Notes under the pieces: generated by a model
Told to the model about the DNA's origin: nothing
Databases searched by the model: none
What the model saw: only the letters and a program-made list of their open reading frames with translations
Shown here: positions 46,446 to 56,177 of the stretch, one piece after another
Layout: each line of letters starts with the position of its first letter
Numbering within the stretch: position 1 is the stretch's first letter
Assembly: GCA_965219575.1 (NCBI GenBank)
Contig: OZ244779.1
Span: 748,769-812,768, forward strand
DNA: 64,000 nucleotides
Direction: 5' to 3'
From: Candidatus Oxydemutatoraceae bacterium
GTDB taxonomy: Bacteria; Pseudomonadota; Gammaproteobacteria; Poriferisulfidales; Oxydemutatoraceae
Position numbers and translations under genes: made by a program

Positions 46446-47246
46446 TTAGAGAGGCACTTTACGATGCCATGACATATCGGACAAATGAGGGCAAAAGGAA
46501 GCAAGCTGTTGTGCCGGTGTTTTATAGGCTAAACTTTGGTGCGGTCTCCTGAAGTTATACCGTCCGAGATATGCAAATAATACGTCGTTAAATCGTGCTA
46601 AATCGGTCACTAAAATATCCTCATGATGTGCTACAAACTCCTCTTGAATGGTACGGTTAAATCTCTCGTCTATGGCATTCATTTTAGGGCAGCGAGGATA
46701 AGTATAACAGTGTTTAATGTTGTGTTGTTGTAGATAAGCATCGAACTCGCCGGCAAACTCGCTACCGTTGTCGGTCAATACTTGAGAGAGGTCGCCGGGA
46801 AATACCGTTTGCACTAATCTGGCCAATGTTGCAGCATTTTTACCGGTTGCGCGTCGGCAGGCGACGGCAACGGCAAAACGGCTGTAGTGGTCAATTGCGG
46901 TGAACAGATAATAGCGTGTCCGATTAACGAAAAGATGGATGGTATCTATAGCCACGCAGCATCCGGGAAATTGCGCTTTGGCATCTTTGCCGATACGATT
47001 GCGTGGTTGAGAAGCCTTGCGTTTGCGTGTTTTTTTAGAGAGTTTAGAGGGCGCACAGCGCATGTTGTCCGAGGCATCGGCAATCAACCGTGCAATGGTG
47101 CGAGGCTTCGGACACTGCAGTTCGCGTGCATCACACCACGGCTTTAAGAAGTAATAAATCTTCGGCGCACCCCTATTCGGATAGCTGTGTCGCAGTCGCC
47201 TAATCTCATCGCTGATGCGAGTAGACCAATTACGGCGACGACGCTT
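46446..47246 (-). pseudogene. 5'-truncated IS481-like (rve integrase core) transposase
   Basis: AIDT, TAIDHYSR, LTDNGSEF, PKMNAIDERFNRTIQEEF, YNFRRPHQSL. The frame stays open upstream (KRRRRNWS...IRRLR) until the IS256 fragment, and the N-terminus is missing. Confidence 0.85.
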
Positions 47247-47349
47247 CCGATACGGAATTGGATACCGGCAATGAACCGATTAGCCATTGAATACGAAGGT
47301 AGATTTGATATCAAAGAGAACGAATTTACACAAAATAGTTAACAGTCCC
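47247..47349 (+). mobile_element. IS256-family right-end remnant
   Basis: Encodes PIRNWIPAMNRLAIEYEGRF (typical IS256 C-terminus) followed by the end TTTACACAAAATAGTTAACAGTCCC, inverted relative to 45078. Confidence 0.8.
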
Positions 47350-47447
47350 GAGACTTACACAATCTTATACTATGAGTTTCTTGTTTTTCTCTAAATAACC
47401 ATATTTTAAGAAGAAAAATAAGGCAACGGCTAAAAGTTTGGTGTGTC

Positions 47448-48617
47448 TCAGATAATATCGTAAGCGAGCCTAATCCCCGAGAAAATATGCCGTTTATGTT
47501 TTTCGTAGAAGTTTCTAAAGCTCGCCCGCAAATGAAAATTGACTTCGTTGAAGCGGCAGCCGCCGCGTAGCACATGATGGTGTTTGTCGAACCAAGGTGT
47601 AGAGTATTCGCGATACGGAAAAGATTTAAACCCCGAGTACGGGTGAAAATTATTCAGGCACCATTCCCAAGTATCGGTATTCTTTTCTAGTTGTGGGTGT
47701 GAGACTTCCCGCTCGTATTCGTGCGGAAGCCTTGTGTTTGCATAGTTCGCAAAAGCCTGTGCTTCGTAGTAACAAATACCACAGACTGCAGCATCGGCAT
47801 CGAGACTTCGATAACCCTCGGGGTCTGCTTGAAACCACCCGTTTTGATAGCACCAACCGTCGGGTGCTTTTACTTTTGATTTTTGTAGCCACGAAAAGCC
47901 TTCCGTACTCCAGTGCCGCTTGTCTTGATAGCCGCCGGCTTCGATAAACCCTAAATATTCGGCGTTGCTAACCGGAGAGCGATTGATTGCGAAAGTATCC
48001 AAATTTACCGAGTGATGAGGTAATTCGTTATCAAAAGACCAGTTGTCTTTGCCTCCGATTCGGTATCGCTTGCGCTCAAATAACAAAGGTTCTTTATTAA
48101 CTTGCGTGGCGTGTTTGAGACTACCGCCGTTGAGAGTGCAACCGTTGTTGCTCGGTGTCGTCTCTTGAATATGCTTTTGGGTGATAATCATTTTCATCGT
48201 CTCTAGGTGTAGCGTATGGTGTTGCAGAATAAACTTTAGCAAGTATGCATCTTTCATCAAGCGATGTTTGCCGACCCGGGTCGGCAAATTTTCGAGCAAC
48301 ACGATATTATTGTTGAATTGTCGTTGCCCTTGTTCTAAAAGCGTATTGTTATGCGTCAGGGCTTTGCCTCGCAAATGTTTGGGGGTATTCCGTGGGTTGT
48401 AGAGTTGGTGGTCGCTTTCTTTCAGCATGCCCTCGTTTAGTACGGTATCGCGCAACCATAAGTTCTCTATATAGATTATATGTCCGTAGTGCCAGCCTAG
48501 CGGGCTCAAGTCGGGATGATATTGTTGACGATACGCATTGTCATCCATAGATGCGGTTAGGTATTGCACCTTATCGTGTAGTTGCGAAAGTTTTGCTACG
48601 AGTTCTTCGTATCTCAT
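47448..48617 (-). CDS. EgtB/SUMF1-family non-heme iron sulfoxide synthase-like protein
   Basis: DinB-like SPLGWHYGH and HHTLHLETM metal ligands; FGE-sulfatase domain FDNELP, PVSNAEYLGFIEAGGY, WEWC, YREYSTPWF, SFRNFY, FSGIRLA. Confidence 0.85.
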   Translation of the reverse strand: MRYEELVAKLSQLHDKVQYLTASMDDNAYRQQYHPDLSPLGWHYGHIIYIENLWLRDTVLNEGMLKESDHQLYNPRNTPKHLRGKALTHNNTLLEQGQRQFNNNIVLLENLPTRVGKHRLMKDAYLLKFILQHHTLHLETMKMIITQKHIQETTPSNNGCTLNGGSLKHATQVNKEPLLFERKRYRIGGKDNWSFDNELPHHSVNLDTFAINRSPVSNAEYLGFIEAGGYQDKRHWSTEGFSWLQKSKVKAPDGWCYQNGWFQADPEGYRSLDADAAVCGICYYEAQAFANYANTRLPHEYEREVSHPQLEKNTDTWEWCLNNFHPYSGFKSFPYREYSTPWFDKHHHVLRGGCRFNEVNFHLRASFRNFYEKHKRHIFSGIRLAYDII

Positions 48618-49381
48618 AACTCAGCCCATCTAATCGCGTACTCGGGGTCTACCACCATCAATTTCTTTTCGGGAAATGTTTCCCATGCCGACCTGTTATC
48701 CAGTTTTTCGGAAGCAATCCAAAGTGCGTCGATCTCACTTAGAAAATACAAAGAGGGTGCTTGGTGATTAATAGCATAGCGTAGCGCATACAGAGATTGA
48801 CTATCGCTGATAACCATGTTGAGCAAAGCTTCGTTGCCTGCTATATGTGTCGTCAACCATTGAATTAAGTTTTTGATAATCCGAATGAGCTTTTCCTGTG
48901 GGTGGTCGGCAATGAATTGACGCAACAATGCAAATAGATATTCCGAGTCGTTCAATCCGCGTAGCGTAGCGATGATTTCATCGGATAATTCGTTGCTGAT
49001 CTTTCGGCGCATGGTCTGATTGAAATTTTTTATATAACCGTTGTGTAGATAAAGATAGCGGCCGTGTCTGAAGGGCTGTGTATTATCAACGCCGGTAGCA
49101 AAACCTGCGGTCGCACTACGCACCATCGCCAACCATCGTTCGCTGTATAGGCTGTCGGCTAAGTCGTTCAAATTGACATCCGACCATATAGGTAGCGCAT
49201 TTCTATAGACGGCTGCACGGCCGTCGGGATAATGCCAGCCGAAACCGAAGCCGTCGGCGTTAAGCTTGGCATATTGCAATTCCTCGGGTTGCCAAGACTG
49301 CACATAAAGGCCATGTTCGGGATCTAATAGGAGTTTGCGCAAAGGAATGGCTTTGCCTAAATATGCGGCAAGTCGGCACAT
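48614..49381 (-). CDS. egtC: EgtC-like class II glutamine amidotransferase (Ntn hydrolase)
   Basis: MCRLAAYLG, NADGFGFGW, PIWSDVN, VRSAT, LHNG, DSE. Confidence 0.85.
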   Translation of the reverse strand: MCRLAAYLGKAIPLRKLLLDPEHGLYVQSWQPEELQYAKLNADGFGFGWHYPDGRAAVYRNALPIWSDVNLNDLADSLYSERWLAMVRSATAGFATGVDNTQPFRHGRYLYLHNGYIKNFNQTMRRKISNELSDEIIATLRGLNDSEYLFALLRQFIADHPQEKLIRIIKNLIQWLTTHIAGNEALLNMVISDSQSLYALRYAINHQAPSLYFLSEIDALWIASEKLDNRSAWETFPEKKLMVVDPEYAIRWAEL

Positions 49382-49489
49382 CAGTCGTAATAATAGAGGG
49401 TTTCGGTGTGACGCATCGTCCGTCGGTGGTGCTATAGAGTAGTGATTATCATGCTCAATTAAAACCCCGAATAGAGCAAGTGTGTTGTT

Positions 49490-52258
49490 TTACGATGCAG
49501 GTGATGACTCTATTTTTTCCAGATTCAATGCGCAGAACTTGAACTCGGGTATTTTCCCGTAGGGATCCAAGGCTGCGTTGGTTAACAAATTGGCGGCAGC
49601 TTCTCTATAGCAAAACGGCATAAAGACTTGTCCGCGTATCAAGCCTCTGTCGCTGCGTGCCAAACATTCTACGGTGCCGCGTTTGGAAGTCAGCCTAATG
49701 GTGTCGCCGGCTTGCGCGTCGATGGCAGCCAAATCGTCGGGGTGTACCGATGCAACCGGGTGGGGTTCTATCGCCGCTAATACCGACGCCCGCCGCGTCA
49801 TCGCTCCGGTGTGCCAATGCTCTAATTGACGCCCGGTGATGAATATAAAAGGATATTGCTGATCGGGCATTTCGTCCGCTTGGGTGAACTCCGCCGGCAC
49901 GAAGCGACCGAGTCCGTTTGCGGTGGGAAAGTTCTCCTTAAATAGAATGGGTTGTCCGGGGTCTTCGGCATCGCTACACGGATAGGTAACCGAACCCGTC
50001 TGCTCCAATCGTTCCCAACTAATGCCTTTGATGCTATCCATACATTCGCGCATCTCGTCAAACACATCGGAGACTTTTTCGTAGTGCCAATCCAAACCTA
50101 TGCGTTGTGCGATGTCTTGTATAATCCATAAATCCAAACGCGCATCGCCGGGCGGGTCTAAGGCTTGCCGGCCGAGCTGCACGCGACGATCGGTGTTGGT
50201 CACGGTACCGGTTTTTTCGGGGAAAGCCGACGCCGGCAAAATAACATCGGCAAACAGTGCGGTCTCGGTCATAAAAATATCCTGGACGATTAAATGGTCG
50301 AGTGTTGCGAGTGCCTTGCGAGCATGGTTGAGGTTCGGGTCGGACATCGCCGGATTTTCGCCCATGATATACATGCCGCGGATTTTTTTTCGTTCGGCTT
50401 CGTGCATGATTTCGACCACGGTCAAGCCGGGTTTCTTGTCCAGTTCGCAACCCCATAATTTTTCAAAGCGATCCGCTGCAGCATCGTTGTCTACGCGCTG
50501 ATAATCCGGAAATACCATCGGTATCAAACCTGCGTCCGAAGCACCCTGCACATTATTTTGTCCGCGCAACGGGTGTAATCCGGTACCCGGTCTACCGATT
50601 TGCCCGGTCATCAGCGATAGCGCAATTAAGCACCGCGCGTTGTCGGTTCCGTGTATATGCTGTGAGATGCCCATGCCCCAGAAGATGATGGAGGCTTTGG
50701 ATCCCGCATACAAAGCTGCGACTTCGTCTATGGTTTTTGCATCTATACCGCAAATAGGCGCCATCGCCTCGGGAGAATAATCTTTTAGATGTGCTTCCAG
50801 CTCGCTATAACCTTCGGTTCGTTCGGCGATGAATTTTTCGTCGACCAAGCCTTGTTTGATAATGGAGTGCATCATTGCGTTTAGCAATGCGACATCGGTG
50901 TCGGGTTTGAACTGCAAATAATAATCGGCATGCTTGGAAAGCTCCACTGCACGTGGATCCATAACGATTAGAGACTTACCGGAACGCGCCGCGTTTTTAA
51001 TAAAGGTCGCAGCGACCGGATGATTTTCGGTCGGATTTGCGCCGATAACGACGATGACCTCGGATTCTTTAACATCGCACACTTGGTTGGAGACTGCGCC
51101 GGAACCTATGCCCTCCAGAAGTGCGGCAACCGAAGAGGCGTGGCATAGGCGCGTGCAATGGTCTACGTTATTGGTTGCAAAGCCGGTACGTATCAATTTC
51201 TGAAATAAGTACGCTTCTTCGTTCGTGCCTTTAGCCGACCCGAAACCCGCAACCGACGAGCGGCCACCCTCGGCGTATATTTTTTTCAAGCCTTCGGCAG
51301 CATAATCCAAAGCCTCGTCCCAACTCGCCTCGCGAAACATTTGTGAGATATCATCGTCGCTCAGTGATTCTATCTCGGCGATTTTAGGGGTGCCCGAAAC
51401 TCGGATCAATGGTTTTGTGAGTCGATCCGTATTGTGTATATAATCGAAGCCGTAGCGCCCCTTGACGCATAAGCGGCTGTGATTGGAAGGTCCGTCTCGC
51501 CCGTCGACATAAATAATCTTGTCGTCTTTAATGTTAAAACTCAACAAGCATCCGACACCGCAATAAGGGCAAACCGAATCAACTTTACGATCGAGTTCTT
51601 GCATCCCGACTTCGTGCGACGGCATGAGCGCACCGGTGGGACAAGCCTGTACACATTCCCCGCAACCCACGCAGCTACTTATCCCCATCGGGTCGTCCAA
51701 ATCGAAGACAATCTCCGAACTCGCACCGCGCTGGGCATAGCCGATCACATCGTTATTTTGCTCTTCGCGGCATGCGCGCAAGCAGCGGGTGCATTGTATG
51801 CAGGCATCGAGATTGACGGCGATCGCCGGATGAGAATTATCGGCAGGCGGATTAACTCGGCTTTCAAAACGTGGCAAGCCGAGGTCTAAATGACGGCTCC
51901 ACCGGTCTAATTCGTTATTTAATGTATAGCTTTGCTGCACCATGTCGGATTGCAGAAGCTCCAGCACCATACGTTGTGCGTGTAGGGAGCGAGGATTATC
52001 GGTAGTGACTTTCATATCGTCAGTCGGTTGTCTCACGCATGCGGGTTGCAACACCCGCTCGCCTTCTATTTCGACCATACACGCACGGCAGTTACCGTCG
52101 GCACGCATGCCTTCCTTAAAACACAGATGTGGAATGTCTATTCCGTATCGTTTCGCCGCTTGTAAAATCGTCTCGCCTTCAAAAGCACTTATGGTTTGTC
52201 CGTTTAATACGAACTCGACCGTTTGTGTGTTTGCAAAATATTCTGGATTCGCCGCCAT
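49490..52258 (-). CDS. Formate dehydrogenase alpha subunit (Mo/W-bisPGD, Cys ligand)
   Basis: 2Fe-2S and 4Fe-4S motifs, CPYCGVGC, LCVKGRYG, NNVDHCTRLCHASS, PLRGQNNVQG, PEFKFCA. Confidence 0.95.
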   Translation of the reverse strand: MAANPEYFANTQTVEFVLNGQTISAFEGETILQAAKRYGIDIPHLCFKEGMRADGNCRACMVEIEGERVLQPACVRQPTDDMKVTTDNPRSLHAQRMVLELLQSDMVQQSYTLNNELDRWSRHLDLGLPRFESRVNPPADNSHPAIAVNLDACIQCTRCLRACREEQNNDVIGYAQRGASSEIVFDLDDPMGISSCVGCGECVQACPTGALMPSHEVGMQELDRKVDSVCPYCGVGCLLSFNIKDDKIIYVDGRDGPSNHSRLCVKGRYGFDYIHNTDRLTKPLIRVSGTPKIAEIESLSDDDISQMFREASWDEALDYAAEGLKKIYAEGGRSSVAGFGSAKGTNEEAYLFQKLIRTGFATNNVDHCTRLCHASSVAALLEGIGSGAVSNQVCDVKESEVIVVIGANPTENHPVAATFIKNAARSGKSLIVMDPRAVELSKHADYYLQFKPDTDVALLNAMMHSIIKQGLVDEKFIAERTEGYSELEAHLKDYSPEAMAPICGIDAKTIDEVAALYAGSKASIIFWGMGISQHIHGTDNARCLIALSLMTGQIGRPGTGLHPLRGQNNVQGASDAGLIPMVFPDYQRVDNDAAADRFEKLWGCELDKKPGLTVVEIMHEAERKKIRGMYIMGENPAMSDPNLNHARKALATLDHLIVQDIFMTETALFADVILPASAFPEKTGTVTNTDRRVQLGRQALDPPGDARLDLWIIQDIAQRIGLDWHYEKVSDVFDEMRECMDSIKGISWERLEQTGSVTYPCSDAEDPGQPILFKENFPTANGLGRFVPAEFTQADEMPDQQYPFIFITGRQLEHWHTGAMTRRASVLAAIEPHPVASVHPDDLAAIDAQAGDTIRLTSKRGTVECLARSDRGLIRGQVFMPFCYREAAANLLTNAALDPYGKIPEFKFCALNLEKIESSPAS

Positions 52259-52272
52259 AATCTTCTCCGTTG

Positions 52273-53970
52273 TTACTCTATTTCCGATGGGAAGTATTTA
52301 ATGATACATTGTAAAGGATTGGGTGCAGCTTGACCCAATCCGCAGATAGATGCATCCGCCATCACCTTACTCAGTTCGTTCATCAAAGGCACATCCCATT
52401 TTTCTTTCTCCATCAGCATCACCGCTTTAGAGGTTCCGACCCGACACGGTGTGCATTTACCGCACGATTCGTGCGAGAAAAAGCGCATCGCATTGAGTGC
52501 GCTCGTACGCGCCCCATCCCGATCCGAAAGCACGACAATCGCTGCCGATCCGATAAAACAACCGTATTCGTTCAAGGTGTCAAAATCCAACGGGATATCT
52601 CCGAGCGACGCCGGCAAAATACCGCCCGAAGCACCGCCCGGAAAATAACCGTAGAATGTATGTCCCGCTTGCATGCCGCCGCAGAATTCGTCGATCAACT
52701 CTTTTACGGTGATGCCGGCCGGTGCGAGATGTACGCCCGGTTTGTTGATGCGTCCGCTCACCGAGAACGAGCGTAAACCTTTGCGTCCGTTGCGTCCTTT
52801 TGAAGCAAACCACTCGCCGCCTTTTTCTACGATTTCTCGCACCCAATACAAGGTTTCCATATTATGTTCCAAGGTCGGTCTACCGAACAAACCGACTTCG
52901 GCGATAAACGGAGGGCGCAAACGAGGCATCCCGCGCTTGCCCTCTATGGACTCTATCATTGCCGACTCCTCACCGCAGATATAAGCCCCTGCGGCGCGTC
53001 GAAGTTCTATATACGGCAACGGCAATTCGGATTCTTTTTGCAATAATTCCAGTTCTTCGGCCAACATTTCGCGCACCCCGGCGTACTCGTCTCGCAAATA
53101 AATATAAATCGCTTCAAGTCCTACGACGAATGCTGCAATCAACATCCCTTCGAAAAAACGGTGGGGGTCTGTTTCCAGGTAGTATCGGTCCTTGAATGTG
53201 CCGGGTTCGCCTTCGTCTATATTGATCGCCAGATAACGCGGTGCCGGTTGTTCTTTGACGATACGCCATTTGCGCCCACTCGGGAAGCCGGCACCGCCTA
53301 AGCCGCGTAATCCCGAATCGTCTAGGGCTTGTATCACCGACTCGGTGTCGCGGGTGCCGTCGTGCAGAGCCTCGAGTAGTTGATAACCGCCTTTTTTCTT
53401 ATATGCCGCATAACTTATATGCGTTGTGATTGTGGGTGCCTTGGTTGATTTTTGTTGTATCGCCGCCGATATAGTTTTGGGTGTTGCCGTTGCAATAGGG
53501 TTCGTACCGACTACCGCAACCGGTGCTTCCCCGCAACGACCGACGCAAGGCACGCGTTGTATTCTGACTTCGTCGGCATTTAGGTTTTTTTCTAATGCTT
53601 CTATCAATGCCTCGCAACCGTCCATTTCACAGCTAATAGAGTCGCATACTCTAACGGTTAATGGCGGTGGCGGTGTTTGCTCGTCGCTCACCACATCAAA
53701 ATGATGATAAAAGGTCGCAACTTCGTAGACTTCCGATGTAGATATTTTCATTTCGTGTGCGAGGGCGACGCAATGGTCGGAGGCGATATAGCCGTAACGA
53801 TCCTGTATTAAATGTAAGTGTTCGAGCAGAAGATCGCGACGCCTAGGATGATCTCCCAACAAATCTCTGATTTCCGCCAAGGCGGTATCCGAGACCTGTC
53901 TGCCTTTGGGTTGACCGCGCTTGCGTTTGTGTCGCTTGCTTTGTTTTAGTTTGATTATCGTTTCAGTCAT
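52273..53970 (-). CDS. Formate dehydrogenase beta subunit (fused NuoE/NuoF-like, FMN/NAD-binding)
   Basis: PKGRQV, EVATFYHHF, GLRGLGGAGFP, DEGEPGTFKDR, YICGEES, ESCGKCTPCR, SICGLG. Confidence 0.93.
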   Translation of the reverse strand: MTETIIKLKQSKRHKRKRGQPKGRQVSDTALAEIRDLLGDHPRRRDLLLEHLHLIQDRYGYIASDHCVALAHEMKISTSEVYEVATFYHHFDVVSDEQTPPPPLTVRVCDSISCEMDGCEALIEALEKNLNADEVRIQRVPCVGRCGEAPVAVVGTNPIATATPKTISAAIQQKSTKAPTITTHISYAAYKKKGGYQLLEALHDGTRDTESVIQALDDSGLRGLGGAGFPSGRKWRIVKEQPAPRYLAINIDEGEPGTFKDRYYLETDPHRFFEGMLIAAFVVGLEAIYIYLRDEYAGVREMLAEELELLQKESELPLPYIELRRAAGAYICGEESAMIESIEGKRGMPRLRPPFIAEVGLFGRPTLEHNMETLYWVREIVEKGGEWFASKGRNGRKGLRSFSVSGRINKPGVHLAPAGITVKELIDEFCGGMQAGHTFYGYFPGGASGGILPASLGDIPLDFDTLNEYGCFIGSAAIVVLSDRDGARTSALNAMRFFSHESCGKCTPCRVGTSKAVMLMEKEKWDVPLMNELSKVMADASICGLGQAAPNPLQCIIKYFPSEIE

Positions 53971-54202
53971 TGCACTTTGTAAAGCATATCAAATGTAGTT
54001 TTGCATTGAAAGAGAGTCATTTTCAATCTGTGTTGTCCATTAGGATTTAAGCCATTGTACTACAAACCATAGCCATTATAGGTATAAACTATGTGGCTTT
54101 AGGACGGAATTTTAATACAAAAAATTTATATCGGTGACATCCCCTATAGTTCGGATATTGTATTACAATGATGTATATTTAACCAAATTAACGGAGATTA
54201 TC

Positions 54203-54589
54203 ATGGGTTGGAGACAACACGAAGACGAAGAGGCATATAGCGAGGCGGACATAGAAGCACGCCTCGAAGAGGAACTACCGCACTGGTATTATGAAAACGG
54301 TTGGATTCGCCGTAAATATCGTACCCATAGCTGGAAGAGTACCCTGATGGTAGTCAATACCGTCGGGCACTTATCGGAAGCAGCCTTTCATCATCCCGAC
54401 TTAACCGTTTCTTATGCTTTTGTTATTGTTAAGCTGATGAACCACGCCACCAAAGGTGTGACGAATAAAGACTTTGAGTTGGCTAAGAAGATAGAAGAAG
54501 TTATACAATGGCAGCCCGGCGAAGAGGAGAGTTCCCTAACCGGCACACCGTCGGATGCTCGCTTTGCTTATATCAAATACGATAAATAA
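54203..54589 (+). CDS. Pterin-4a-carbinolamine dehydratase
   Basis: LSEAAFHHPDL, LMNHATKGVTNKDFELAKKIE; GGAG RBS before ATG 54203. Confidence 0.88.
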   Translation: MGWRQHEDEEAYSEADIEARLEEELPHWYYENGWIRRKYRTHSWKSTLMVVNTVGHLSEAAFHHPDLTVSYAFVIVKLMNHATKGVTNKDFELAKKIEEVIQWQPGEEESSLTGTPSDARFAYIKYDK

Positions 54590-54623
54590 AGTGCTTCGGT
54601 CGGGCTCAGTCATCGGAGTGGTC

Positions 54624-55211
54624 ATGAAATATAAGGATTTTTTAGTTTTAGCTACGATTATTATCGGCTTGAGTACACCACCGGCTATTGCGCAGAATGA
54701 AATGCAAGACAGCGGAGGATTTCGTGTGCTTCCAGACGAAGATGGCAGGGTACATAGCTGGCAAGACGGAGATTACATAATCTCCCTATGGGAAGCCGAA
54801 AATTTAGTAATGGAACGCTACGATGCCGGCGAGCAGTCCGGACAGCCGTCGGCGATAAAAGCGGAAGATGTGTTGGCCGATAACGGCGAGTTGAGGGTAA
54901 TCAAAAAGCAGAGTTGGCATCGGATGGGCGACGATGTGTTCCCGGTTTTGGTAACCGAAAACGGTGCGTGGAAAGCACTGCCGGGAGATGTGATCGTCGT
55001 TTTATCACCCGAGATGAAACAAGCCGACATAGATGCTTTCTTTGCCGAGATGAATCTCGATCGAGTATCTAAAATGAATTTTACCGAGAACGCTTATCTC
55101 GTGGAGACCGAGCCGGGTGTGGTCGGTTTAGAGTTATCGAACAAATTAACGGGTATGGAAGCAGTGGAATTGTCCAGCCCGAACTGGTGGAGTCTGGTAG
55201 AACTACGATAA
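54624..55211 (+). CDS. Exported hypothetical protein; C-terminus resembles a subtilase pro-domain or external chaperone
   Basis: Signal peptide ending AIA-Q; LPGDVIVVL...NAYLVET...GLELSNKL...SSPNWW. Confidence 0.55.
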   Translation: MKYKDFLVLATIIIGLSTPPAIAQNEMQDSGGFRVLPDEDGRVHSWQDGDYIISLWEAENLVMERYDAGEQSGQPSAIKAEDVLADNGELRVIKKQSWHRMGDDVFPVLVTENGAWKALPGDVIVVLSPEMKQADIDAFFAEMNLDRVSKMNFTENAYLVETEPGVVGLELSNKLTGMEAVELSSPNWWSLVELR

Positions 55212-55332
55212 CCGTCCCTAAAGGTGTTTTAATAATACTTTTTCAATAGCCTCATTTCTTTTCTCGGTAGTTGTATAATAATGCGAGAGTCAATTTGACT
55301 ATGCATTTTTATTTTGAGGAGGAAAACTTATT

Positions 55333-56166
55333 ATGAAAAAGATAACCATTTTATTTTTGATTCTACCGATTTTCGGTTGTGACTCACGCGGTGTAGACCA
55401 CAGTGTTTTGAATAGCACTTTGTGGATGCAATCGTCGGCAGAATTCGTTGCTGCAACCGAGCAGGCATTCAATGCAGCGCGTATGAATTTGGACCGAGCA
55501 CTGCAGGATAAAAATTGGACTGCCGCCTTGGAGCAGCGCAAAGACTATCAAAACTTGCCACCTGCGGTAATTTTTGATGTCGACCAGACGGTATTGGACA
55601 CTAACTCTTATGAGGCCTATGTACTCGTAAGCGGTCAGACATATCATTATGACACTTGGGAAGTTTGGGCAAAGGCGGCGAGAGCACAGCCTATAGAAGG
55701 TGTCAAAGAGCTGATTTCGGAAATCAAATCTAAAGGTGTGGCTGTGTTCTATGTTACGAACAGGGATAAAGCCTTAGAAGAAGCTACCGTCAAGAATATC
55801 AGGATGACGGTGGACCCCGAGGTCAACGAAGATCAGGTACTGTGCATACAAGAGCGGGATGATTGGGTGAGTGATAAAAGTAGCCGTAGAGCGGCGATAG
55901 CGGAGACACATCGGATTATTATGATGTTCGGAGACGATTACAACGACTTCAGATTTTTACCTGATTCCCCGTCTCCGGAAGCACGTAGAGCCGAGGTAGA
56001 ACCTTACAAGGAATATTGGGGTACTAAATGGATATTGCTTAGCAACCCCCGATACGGAAACTGGGAAAGTGCAATTTTGAATTATGCCAAAGACCTAAGC
56101 GACGAAGAAAAGTTACAAGCCAAACTTTCACACCTAAAGCCCGATAGCGGCGCGCCCGACGGATGA
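55333..56166 (+). CDS. Class C acid phosphatase / 5'-nucleotidase lipoprotein, e(P4) family
   Basis: Lipobox IFG-C, DVDQTVLD, YVTNR, K-S-RR, GDDYNDF, LSNPRYGNWE. Confidence 0.88.
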   Translation: MKKITILFLILPIFGCDSRGVDHSVLNSTLWMQSSAEFVAATEQAFNAARMNLDRALQDKNWTAALEQRKDYQNLPPAVIFDVDQTVLDTNSYEAYVLVSGQTYHYDTWEVWAKAARAQPIEGVKELISEIKSKGVAVFYVTNRDKALEEATVKNIRMTVDPEVNEDQVLCIQERDDWVSDKSSRRAAIAETHRIIMMFGDDYNDFRFLPDSPSPEARRAEVEPYKEYWGTKWILLSNPRYGNWESAILNYAKDLSDEEKLQAKLSHLKPDSGAPDG

Positions 56167-56177
56167 GAACATAATTT

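Noticed and set aside
49490-52258. Selenocysteine recoding in the FDH alpha subunit
   Set aside because: The ORF is uninterrupted and the active-site position is Cys (RLCHAS).
55232-55252. TACTTTTTCAATAGCC resembling a lone MITE end
   Set aside because: No partner end or internal MITE sequence is nearby; at most a remnant.
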